Shown here: piece after piece, positions 41,290 to 50,178 of the stretch
Position numbering within the stretch: the stretch's first letter is position 1
Layout of the letters: every line of letters starts with the position of its first letter
NCBI GenBank assembly: GCA_037305845.1
Contig: CP147778.1
Location: 2,208,001 to 2,272,000, forward strand
Direction of reading: 5' to 3'
DNA: 64,000 nucleotides
Source: Candidatus Freyarchaeum deiterrae
Lineage (GTDB): Archaea; Asgardarchaeota; Jordiarchaeia; Jordiarchaeales; Jordiarchaeaceae
Position numbers and translations under genes: made by a program
The notes under the pieces: model-generated
Database searches by the model: none
Seen by the model: the letters and a program-made list of their open reading frames with translations, nothing else
What the model was told of the DNA's origin: nothing

Positions 41290-41976
41290 TTATTTTGCCC
41301 CGCCGGTTTTCTGCCACATGGGTTTCTCACTTATGTGTAGTGTTGTTTGGGGTTTAACAATAACTATTCCTTCGGGGGTTGTCTTCACTACTCCAAAGAG
41401 GATGACTCTACTTAAAACTCTGATACGAACTACGTCCCCCTGTGTTACAGGGTATCCTACCAGTTTTCTTTTTACGAAGCGTTCGAAGCGTTCTTCTACA
41501 GGGAACCTTACGCTGACAGGAGCTAAGATGACCGATTCGGCTTGTTTTTCGCTGGCTTTCTTAATTACCACCTTATCCCCTAGGCTTACGTTAGCGTTGT
41601 GCCTCAGGTATTCGTCCATCCGGACTAGTCCCTTGTCTTTGTCTTCAGGGTAGGCTGGCCAAGCAATGGCGGATGTAGCCTTTTCACCCTTTATTTCAAC
41701 GACGTCATCTTTTTGGACGCCTAGTTTTTCCATTGCGGCGTTATCTACTCGTACTATGAATCTTCCGGCGTCGCGCTTCTGCGCTTCTTCTACACGCAGT
41801 TCGATAATAGTCTCTTTCCCCTTCTCAAAAAATGCTTCTTCCGAAGAGATGCTTTCGTCATATACGTAATTTGGGTCAATCGGCTTGCCGCAATGTGGAC
41901 AGAATACGGCACCACTTGGAACTTGGGTGCCACAGTAAGAGCACCACCCCTTTTTGGAAATATTTCTTCCACTCAT
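41290..41976 (-). CDS. Zinc-ribbon fused to a stand-alone Cdc48 N-domain (recent partial duplicate)
   Basis: CSYCG...FCPHCG followed by 162 codons nearly identical to the adjacent Cdc48 N-domain; no AAA module. Confidence 0.85.
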   Translation of the reverse strand: MSGRNISKKGWCSYCGTQVPSGAVFCPHCGKPIDPNYVYDESISSEEAFFEKGKETIIELRVEEAQKRDAGRFIVRVDNAAMEKLGVQKDDVVEIKGEKATSAIAWPAYPEDKDKGLVRMDEYLRHNANVSLGDKVVIKKASEKQAESVILAPVSVRFPVEERFERFVKRKLVGYPVTQGDVVRIRVLSRVILFGVVKTTPEGIVIVKPQTTLHISEKPMWQKTGGAK

Positions 41977-42106
41977 CTTATAACCCTCTACTACAAGTAG
42001 TACCCCCTTCTTTTAATTATTCTTTTTAATAAATGCAAAAACGCCGAATCCAATCCGTCAGGTAATTTGGTGGTGGGGGAGTTTCTTATCTTGTCTTGGA
42101 TTATAT

Positions 42107-42382
42107 CTATACTCGTCTGACCATTTCCATTTCTATGTTGCTTACTCCTTCTATTCCTGAGATTGCTTCTTCAATGTAATCTGTTCCTCCCTCGGCTTCG
42201 GGAACCAGTACATTGAGTCTTAAAGCCTTTAGGCCGAATGCTATTGGGACCTCTTCTGAGCTGGCTATCTTTGATCCCTTCGGGAGTTTCCTCTCTATTG
42301 CGGCCTTTAATTCATTTAAATCAACTTCCGTTGATTCCGGATATATTTTCACGGTTGCTACAACTTTTGCCAAATTCTGCAC
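42107..42382 (-). CDS. ef1b: Translation elongation factor 1-beta
   Basis: KIYPES.EVDL, PIAFGLKAL and EGG..D.IEE motifs. Confidence 0.95.
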   Translation of the reverse strand: MQNLAKVVATVKIYPESTEVDLNELKAAIERKLPKGSKIASSEEVPIAFGLKALRLNVLVPEAEGGTDYIEEAISGIEGVSNIEMEMVRRV

Positions 42383-42396
42383 CTCTTAAACAATTT

Positions 42397-42573
42397 TTAG
42401 GGGCCTTCAAAATTGCATACGGGACATTTGTACATGTTTGAAAATTCTCTGCACCTCTGACAACGCCAGATCATGTGTTTGTTGCAACTCGGGCAGGAAA
42501 ATCTCACTGCACCTTTTTCGGGCGACACTACTTTGCCACAGCTTGCGCACAGTTGCGGTTTGATTTCAGTCAT
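42397..42573 (-). CDS. DUF1610/HVO_2753-like zinc finger protein (missed by the ORF track)
   Basis: Manual translation MTEIKPQLCASC...F.CPSC....IWRCQRCR....YKCPVCNFEGP; usual position upstream of EF-1beta. Confidence 0.92.
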   Translation of the reverse strand: MTEIKPQLCASCGKVVSPEKGAVRFSCPSCNKHMIWRCQRCREFSNMYKCPVCNFEGP

Positions 42574-42697
42574 GTTAGTTATCCTCCATCGCTAAATTTT
42601 TCGCTGCTCCACTTAAGATTTGGAAAGCTTTTAAATATTTGTTATTTCTGATTTAATAAATCTTCTATTTTTGCGTAATCTTGAACCATTTTTATTT

Positions 42698-43924
42698 TTA
42701 TTTTTTGGGTTCTTCTTTTTTTCCTATTATGAATGTTTCCAACAAGTTGAGGAGAACGCTGGCGGAAAGTTTGGGTTTAAAAACTAGTTTCTTAATCACC
42801 CCTGACTCAAAGTCCATGTCTCCTACTTCCTCTATGACTTCAGGAAAATCGTTTTTAATAATGGTTTTAAAAAGTTTATCCAGATTCCTATCGCTCATTC
42901 TGTTTAGAAGTCGTCTTGCCAGGCGCATTAAGTAAAATTCTCTGGAGAGTAATCTTCTCCATTCTTTTTGATAAGCACTCAGTCTTCCACTATTTACGTT
43001 TCCTTCAATAACAGCCTCTGCAGCAACTTCGCCAGCAACTTGAGCACACAGCCCACCCATTACCACACCTCCACCTGTTGTCGGTTTTACTTGACCAGCA
43101 GCGTCACCTACCACTAGAAAGCCATCGCTGTAAGTCTTTGGAATCGGCCCGCTTAGGATAATGCTACCTCCAAATTGTTTTATGGGCACCGCATCTGAGA
43201 GTCTTTTGGAAGCGATGGGATGGTTTTTAATAAATTCTCTTAGATACCTCAGGGCATGGTGATGCGCACCAACACCTATCCTTGCAGTATTCTCTCCCGT
43301 AGGAATTATCCAAGCAAAAAATCCAGGAGCCAGTTTGTTTCCGAAGAACATTTCCACTTGGTCTGGGTTAATCTGTGCATTATTCACTTCAATTTGAACT
43401 CCGGGTATAACTCCTCCTGAAACGGGGATTAATCCCATCTCTCGAACAAATTTTCCTCTTACTCCCTCTGCGTCGATAATGACCTGAGCATCGAAAAATG
43501 ATTCTTTTCCATGAAAAACCTTCAGCGTTTTCTTTTCACCACTTTTTAGAGATACGACTTTCGATTTGGGAAATAATGTCACATTTCCCTTTTGTGCCTC
43601 AGAGGCGAAGTACTGGTCAAGTCGGGGGCGGTCAATAACGTAGGCTTGAGGTTTCTTGCGCGAAACACTAAAAAAAGCACCAGAAGGAGAATAGAACGTA
43701 GCCCCCTTAACCCTATTCAGAATACAATCTGCGGGAACATTTACATTCAGTCTTCTTAATCCGGATACGCTTATCAGGCCCGCACAGTGTTGGGGCAACC
43801 CAACAGAGGGATGTTCCTCAAATAAAGCAATACTAACTCCCTTTCTAGCAGCGTTTCTGGCAGCTATAGCCCCGGAGGGCCCACAACCAATGACCGCAAT
43901 ATCAAAATCTTTCCTTTCAGAAAT
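42698..43924 (-). CDS. Geranylgeranyl reductase family FAD oxidoreductase; start probably ATT at 43924
   Basis: The frame extends upstream of the ORF-track start through DIAVIGCGPSG..AA (GxGxxG); P.HCAG, F.WI.P and GDAAG..KP..GGG motifs. Confidence 0.9.
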   Translation of the reverse strand: MSERKDFDIAVIGCGPSGAIAARNAARKGVSIALFEEHPSVGLPQHCAGLISVSGLRRLNVNVPADCILNRVKGATFYSPSGAFFSVSRKKPQAYVIDRPRLDQYFASEAQKGNVTLFPKSKVVSLKSGEKKTLKVFHGKESFFDAQVIIDAEGVRGKFVREMGLIPVSGGVIPGVQIEVNNAQINPDQVEMFFGNKLAPGFFAWIIPTGENTARIGVGAHHHALRYLREFIKNHPIASKRLSDAVPIKQFGGSIILSGPIPKTYSDGFLVVGDAAGQVKPTTGGGVVMGGLCAQVAGEVAAEAVIEGNVNSGRLSAYQKEWRRLLSREFYLMRLARRLLNRMSDRNLDKLFKTIIKNDFPEVIEEVGDMDFESGVIKKLVFKPKLSASVLLNLLETFIIGKKEEPKK

Positions 43925-44096
43925 ATTTCATCCCGCCTGTTGAGTCTTTTTGGTTGAAAAATGATTTAAGCTTAGTTACTTTTAAGGGTTACAAGAAAAT
44001 CCTTTAAATATAATTCATACAAACTGGAAAAGAAGCAAATGACGCCTTTTCAACAGTTTCGAAATAAGTAGGCTTAAATAGTCACATAAGAAATCC

Positions 44097-45407
44097 GTGT
44101 TGAAGGCTGCGGAATCAGCAAGGCCAATCGTTTTAAAGAAAGGAGAAGCTGAGGAGAAAAATAGGATGATAAAAACCTACACCGTTCCCCACAACCTCCA
44201 GCTGGACCAATTCTTCTACGCCTACCTCACAGCTCTAAACAGCATGATCGGCGACATCTGGAAAAGCATCCAGTGGAAAGAAAAAACAATCAGGGGGAAA
44301 AAGCAGAAGCGGATACTGCCCACCATCCCCAACTACGCCTTCAAGAAGGAGATGAGAGACCAGTACCTAATGGACTGGGAGTACGCCAGGCACTGGATAG
44401 ACTCCGCCATAAAAACCGCGTTCTCCATAATAAACTCCTGGAAGAAAAACTACGTAAAGGGAAACCGCAAGAGGAAAAAACCAGTCGTCAAACGATGCTT
44501 CGTGAGAGTTAAACAAACACTGATGAAAATCAGCGGAGAAAAGCTACGCATCACCATCAAGCCAAGAGAATACGCAACCATCGATTTGTCGAAACGCTAC
44601 TTCAGCATAAAAGGAAGAAGAATAGGGGAGCCCATACTAACCCCCACCAAACTCCATTTACCCATAGAAACCAACCACGCGGAACAACAACAAGAGAAGC
44701 CCGCCGAGCGGATCGGTTGGGACTCCAACAAGCTCTCAGTGGACGGCTTCTCCCCCACCCACGGCTGGATAAAAATCGACCTAAAACCGCTGCACACCCT
44801 CCACACAACCTACGACAACAAGATGCGCAACATAAACCGAGTGTACTCAAAAAACCGGGGAAAGGGAAAAAAGCTCTACCAAAAATATGGGAAGCGGTGC
44901 CGGAACCGGGTGAAAAACTACCTACACCATGTCGCCAAGCGGATAACATCTTCCCACTTCCAGCAGGCACTGCACGGATTTGAAAAACTGGAAAAGCAGC
45001 GCATGAAAAAAGGGCACAAGCACCGGTGGAACCGGGAGCTGAACCACGCGGATTGGCGTCTGCTCGTTTCCCTGGCCCGAAACCGGGCACCAGTTGTCGA
45101 AGTCAGCCCCTTTTACACCTCGAAAACCTGCAGCAGATGCGGGGAAGTCCACAAAGCCCTAAGGAGCGAAAAGGTTTTCGAGTGCCCATTCTGCGGACTG
45201 ATTGTAGATCGACAGCTGAACGCCAGCATAAACATCTACCTAAGAATGAGAGGAGTTTCCCCGCGAAGGGAGTGGTTCGACGCCACATTCATCGCGGGTG
45301 GGTTTCCCTTGATCGGGGTGGAGACGAAGATTCCCGATGAACTCGCGAGGGAATTATATGACTCAATGAAACCCCAATACTACGTAAGTCTACCTCTGAC
45401 TACGTAG
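44097..45407 (+). mobile_element. tnpB: TnpB RNA-guided nuclease of IS200/IS605/IS607 type, no intact transposase (ATG at 44166 likely)
   Basis: IGWD (RuvC-I), FEKL (RuvC-II), TSKTCSRCG..CPFC, DRQLNASINI; visibly GC-richer than the flanks. Confidence 0.9.
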
Positions 45408-45478
45408 TATAAAACCCTAGAAAATATTCAAATGTAATAAACCGGCTTCGTTCCTCTTCGCTCAGGAGTCGCTCAGGC

Positions 45479-45835
45479 ATGTTTGAGTATAAAATGGTGA
45501 TTTTGGTTCGAACGGACATAAAAATGAGTAAGGGAAAAATTGCAGTACAGGTAGCGCACGCCGCAGTTTCCGCATCAGAGGAGGCTAGGAAAAAGAATCC
45601 GGACTGGTTTAAAAAATGGATGAACGAGGGGCAGAAAAAAGCGGTTGTGAAGGTAAAATCTTTGGAGGAACTAGAAAAATTCGAGCATCAGGCTTTGAAA
45701 GACAAGATTCCTCACGCTTTAATTTCCGACAGAGGACTAACAGAACTACCTCCAGGGACAGTTACCGCTCTCGCTATTGGGCCAGGTCCAGAATCCCTGA
45801 TAGACAGTATTACCGGGGGGCTGACCCTACTCTAG
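45479..45835 (+). CDS. pth2: Peptidyl-tRNA hydrolase Pth2
   Basis: KMV..VR.D..M.KGK.A.Q..HA, GQKK and D.G.TE..PGT.T motifs. Confidence 0.96.
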   Translation: MFEYKMVILVRTDIKMSKGKIAVQVAHAAVSASEEARKKNPDWFKKWMNEGQKKAVVKVKSLEELEKFEHQALKDKIPHALISDRGLTELPPGTVTALAIGPGPESLIDSITGGLTLL

Positions 45836-45845
45836 TCAACTTTCG

Positions 45846-47222
45846 GTGAGGTTAATGAGCGAGCTGGATAAACTCTTGGGAATAGACTTTTTTGTTACAA
45901 AGTCTGAGGGAATAGGGGGGTGCCTTAGAAAGAGATGGGAGGACTTTGTGGTTGAGGAAATAACTCCGGAAAGGGAGATAATTCCTGCCTTGGGTTCTAA
46001 AGCTCAGACAAATAACTCAAGTAGTAATTATGAAAGTGAGGAAGAGGGCGAGTACACCGTTTTCACTCTTGAGAGACATGCTATGTATGACGCTTTTGAA
46101 GCTTTGATTAAGATAGCTCGCAGTTTAGGCGTAGGCGTGAAAAGGTTATCCTATGCGGGGGTGAAAGATAAAAGAGCAGTTACCACTCAGAGGGTGAGTG
46201 CTTGGAGAGTTGATCCGGAAAGGTTGAAGAACTTGAATGTTAAAGGGCTCTACATAAGGGATGTACACAAGAGTAAAGATGCTGTTGAGCTTGGCGGTCT
46301 GTGGGGAAACCGCTTTAGTATAATGGTTAGAGAGATTAATCTGGACAAGTCGGAAGCGGAAGAAAGGGTTAAACAAACCTGTCGTGAAATAAAGGATTGG
46401 GGTGGGGTTCCCAACTTTTTTGGTTACCAAAGGTTTGGAATTCAAAGACCTTTAACTCATCTTGTGGGAATTAAGCTCCTTAGGAAGGAATTTAGAGAGG
46501 CTGCGATGCTATTCTTGGCAAAGGCTTATCCTCTGGAAGGGGAAGACGCCAAGGAGGCGCGTAATTACTTATCTGAAAAAGAAGACTTTGCTGGAGCTTT
46601 AGGAAAATTTCCAAGGCGTTTGACTTACGAAAGGATAATGCTAAAACACCTATCTCACTATCCCAACGATGTTATAGGTGCGTTCAGGCGGCTCCCCCGA
46701 GGTCTACTCAAAATGTTTGTACACGCTGTACAGTCTTATCTATTTAATAGAATCCTCAGCATGAGATTCAAATCCGGTTTTCCATTAAACCATGCGATCC
46801 CTGGAGATATAGTAACCTCGGTTGAAAATGTTTCACCAAATGATTATACACTAGTCACGGAAGAAACTGTTTCGAGAATAAATGAAGAGATTAAATCTGG
46901 AAGATTAGGTGTTTCAATACCCTTGATAGGATACGATTCAACTCTACCAACAAATCAACCTGGGGAATTGGTGGAAAAAATTTTACGAGAAGAGGAACTA
47001 AATCCAAACATGTTTAGACTCCAGTCCATACCTGAAATGAGTTCCAGAGGGATGGTTCATCTAGCACTTCTCGGGATATCAGATTTGAAAGTAATGGATA
47101 TTGACAAGGATGAATACAGCGAAAATGCACTTAAACTCACGATTTCATTCTCGCTCCCTAAAGGGAGCTATGCCACCATTGTTCTCAGAGAATTTATGAA
47201 AACAGATCCAATAAACTATTAA
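45846..47222 (+). CDS. truD: tRNA pseudouridine(13) synthase
   Basis: EDF.VEE, AG.KD..AVT.Q, GNRF, NFFG.QRFG and LPKGSYAT..LRE motifs. Confidence 0.96.
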   Translation: MRLMSELDKLLGIDFFVTKSEGIGGCLRKRWEDFVVEEITPEREIIPALGSKAQTNNSSSNYESEEEGEYTVFTLERHAMYDAFEALIKIARSLGVGVKRLSYAGVKDKRAVTTQRVSAWRVDPERLKNLNVKGLYIRDVHKSKDAVELGGLWGNRFSIMVREINLDKSEAEERVKQTCREIKDWGGVPNFFGYQRFGIQRPLTHLVGIKLLRKEFREAAMLFLAKAYPLEGEDAKEARNYLSEKEDFAGALGKFPRRLTYERIMLKHLSHYPNDVIGAFRRLPRGLLKMFVHAVQSYLFNRILSMRFKSGFPLNHAIPGDIVTSVENVSPNDYTLVTEETVSRINEEIKSGRLGVSIPLIGYDSTLPTNQPGELVEKILREEELNPNMFRLQSIPEMSSRGMVHLALLGISDLKVMDIDKDEYSENALKLTISFSLPKGSYATIVLREFMKTDPINY

Positions 47223-47322
47223 AACAAGTAACACTTGAATTTGAATCGATAGATTAATTAGTAGTAGGTATTCTCTTTTTGACGACAGTGAATTAACTTG
47301 AACCGCGTCAATTTGTCGGAGG

Positions 47323-48642
47323 TTGAATCTATTGTCAGATGATGCACAGGATATTCATAAGACGCACTTTACCAGCGAAATTGGACCGGAACTTGACGGT
47401 CAGGTAGTGACTCTCGCTGGATGGGTAGAAAGCGTTCGAAAACTCGGTGGAATAAAATTCATTATCTTGAGAGATAAAGAGGGGCGGTCGCAGATTACGG
47501 TCCCTAAGAGCAAACCAGAGGTTTTTGAAGGGGTGGATAACCTAGGCAAGGAATATGTTGTATGGATTCGCGGAACAGTGAGGAAGATTGAAAAGGCTCC
47601 TCAGGGAGCTGAGATAGTCCCCGACGAAATAAAAATTCTTAATACCGCGATTTCTCCGCTGCCCTTAGACCCGTCGGGAAAAGTTGAGGCGAACCTTGAC
47701 ACCGAGTTAGATAACCGTGTGCTAGACCTTAGACGGCCAGAAAAAAATGCTATCTTCGTTATTCGCCATAAAACTGTTAGTGCTATTCGAGAATTCCTAA
47801 TTCCCAAAAGATTCGTTGAAATTAATACTCCTAAGATTATTGCTTCCGCCTCTGAAGGTGGAGCGGATCTCTTTCCCATCTCGTACTATGAGAAGGAAGC
47901 GTTTCTAAGCCAGTCAGCTCAACTTTACAAGGAGCAAATGTCCAGCGTTTTTGAAAAGGTCTTTGAGATCGCGCCTTGTTTTCGGGCTGAGTCCAGCCGT
48001 ACAGTCAGACACCTAAGCGAGTTATACACTGTAGATGTGGAAGTGGCGTTTAACAATTATGAGGATGTAATGAAACTACTCGAAGAATTGATTTCTCATG
48101 TATTCAAACAAATTAAGGAAAAGTGTTCCGAAGAATTAAAATCCCTAAACCAAAAACTTTCCGTTCCGAAGATACCTTTCCCTCGCTATACCTATAGCGA
48201 CATCATAGAGTTGCTTCATAGAGAAGAAGTTGAAATAAACTGGGGAGAAGATATCACTACACAGGCTTACCGCAAGCTCGGGGAGACGTTAAAAGGAACG
48301 TATTTCATTTCGGATTGGCCTACCGCTGAAAAACCCTTCTACATTTTACCGTGTAAAGATAATCCTAAAATATCTGAATCATTCGATTTAATGTACGGTT
48401 GGCTGGAACTGTCTTCCGGAGGAACAAGAATTTATAAAAAGGAGATGCTCATTGAAAGATTAAAAGAACAGAAATTAAGCCCTGAATCATTCACTTTCCA
48501 CCTAAAAACATTCGACTGGGGCATGCCGCCTCACGCAGGATGGGGACTGGGGCTGGACAGACTCGTGATGAGTATTACCGGATCAGAAAACATAAGAGAA
48601 TGCGTTTTATACCCCCGCGACAGAGACCGCCTCACTCCTTAA
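47323..48642 (+). CDS. aspS: Aspartate--tRNA(Asp/Asn) ligase
   Basis: GWV...R..G, R.LDLR, QS.QLYK, FRAE, GMPPHAG.GLG.DR and PRD..RL.P motifs. Confidence 0.96.
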   Translation: MNLLSDDAQDIHKTHFTSEIGPELDGQVVTLAGWVESVRKLGGIKFIILRDKEGRSQITVPKSKPEVFEGVDNLGKEYVVWIRGTVRKIEKAPQGAEIVPDEIKILNTAISPLPLDPSGKVEANLDTELDNRVLDLRRPEKNAIFVIRHKTVSAIREFLIPKRFVEINTPKIIASASEGGADLFPISYYEKEAFLSQSAQLYKEQMSSVFEKVFEIAPCFRAESSRTVRHLSELYTVDVEVAFNNYEDVMKLLEELISHVFKQIKEKCSEELKSLNQKLSVPKIPFPRYTYSDIIELLHREEVEINWGEDITTQAYRKLGETLKGTYFISDWPTAEKPFYILPCKDNPKISESFDLMYGWLELSSGGTRIYKKEMLIERLKEQKLSPESFTFHLKTFDWGMPPHAGWGLGLDRLVMSITGSENIRECVLYPRDRDRLTP

Positions 48643-48704
48643 AAAAGAAAAAGTTACAGAAAATAAAACTGAACAACTCTATATGATAAAAGTCTCTAGG
48701 AGGA

Positions 48705-49211
48705 TCACTCGAGGACTATTCTTACTTTTTCTTTCGTTATTTTGTAAACTATATCCTCAAGATTGGGTACGCTCGAAGGGAGCCTTCTGCTGTCTGCTCT
48801 CTTAATTCTTATCTTTTTTTCAAGACTTCCGTCAGGAAGCCAAATCGTATTCACACCCAAAACTCCAACAGGGGACAAGATGTCCTCAATAGTTTTCTTG
48901 GTGGAGGAAGTTCCCTCTACGACTCTGACCTTTTTCTTTAACGCGTCACCCAGAACTTTAACGACTTTGCCTTTAGGTCCAATGAAGTTGGATATGTCAC
49001 CTGGACCAACGACAATTATGATTAGGCTATTGGTTTCGATGGCTCCTCTAAACTCCGCGTCCTTAAGATTGGGAAACCTGCTCTCAAGTTCTAAAAGCTG
49101 CTTAGCCACCTCTAAATCCAGAGGAGAAACTTCGCCTCTTTCTATTTTCTCTCTGCATGTTGAACAGTACATCCCACTTTTAAGACAAAAGGAACATACG
49201 GGGACCTTCAA
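48705..49211 (-). CDS. NusA-like KH domain protein with N-terminal Zn finger
   Basis: PVC.FC.KSG..C..C, IG.KG....L...L.KKVRVVE and LGVN.IWLPDG motifs. Confidence 0.85.
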   Translation of the reverse strand: MKVPVCSFCLKSGMYCSTCREKIERGEVSPLDLEVAKQLLELESRFPNLKDAEFRGAIETNSLIIIVVGPGDISNFIGPKGKVVKVLGDALKKKVRVVEGTSSTKKTIEDILSPVGVLGVNTIWLPDGSLEKKIRIKRADSRRLPSSVPNLEDIVYKITKEKVRIVLE

Positions 49212-49440
49212 TTTTCAAATCTCCAAATCAAAGTAATCATAAGCGGTAAATACCCTATAAAGCAGTTTCCCGCGAACAATAAACAATAATTTTGGTGTGC
49301 TTTCTATAAAAGAAATACTGCTTAAAAAACTTTTCTTTTTAATAATCCTAAATAATCTTCTACCAGATTAACTATAAAAAATTCAGGAAATGAACATAAC
49401 ATTAAAGAAAAAATTGGGAAATAAAAAAATTCTCATATTA

Positions 49441-49713
49441 CTATTTGCTCAATGTGATCTCAATGGTTGAGACATTTATCGTTGCGTCATGTTCCCCTTG
49501 TATGGCTTCTGTTCCAATCTTGATTCCACTAGCTGAAGCCTCTGATACGAATCTGTTTCTTACTATCTCCGCCACGTCTACAGCTCTGCTTATGGCGCGC
49601 CCACGAGCTTTCAAAACTACTTCATTCTTCCCATTGTGGAAAAGAGTTATGACTGCCAAAACATAATTCATTACAGGTTTACTGCCGATAAAGACTGTAT
49701 TTTCATCAGACAT
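49441..49713 (-). CDS. albA: DNA/RNA-binding protein Alba
   Basis: [23 protein letters not shown] and VS.IEI motifs. Confidence 0.97.
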   Translation of the reverse strand: MSDENTVFIGSKPVMNYVLAVITLFHNGKNEVVLKARGRAISRAVDVAEIVRNRFVSEASASGIKIGTEAIQGEHDATINVSTIEITLSK

Positions 49714-50178
49714 AGTTGTTACCTCTTTTGCGTTTTTAGATTTAGTGTATCATTGGTTGTTGGCGTACTTACGGCGAGACATAATAAAAAGTTTTTGGTA
49801 AAAAGTAATACAAATTTTCATAACTTGGATAAATCACTTTTTCAACATTTTAAGTTTTAGAAGTCTTCACTTTGCGGGTTTAATACCCTGAAATTTATAA
49901 TTTGAATGATATAATAACAAACCGTAATTATCTCGGAAAACAAGCTCTAGAGTTAAAACTTGGACTATATCCTTCTTCCCTAAGTGTAGAACATTCCCAA
50001 GGTTTTTTCAAGTTAAAGCTTCTAAAATTCTAAAATTTTTGTCAGGTTTATAACTAACTAATTGGATGTGTTGGTGTCCACGTAGATGTATTTTTATATG
50101 GCAATTAAATATAACACTTTATAACGGCGTCGAATATGATAGATGCTTTCTTTATTCGACAACTGGGAATGGTTAAAA

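Noticed and set aside
45990-46050. Low-complexity insertion in truD as a possible in-frame intron
   Set aside because: No BHB pairing found; it lies in a variable N-terminal loop.
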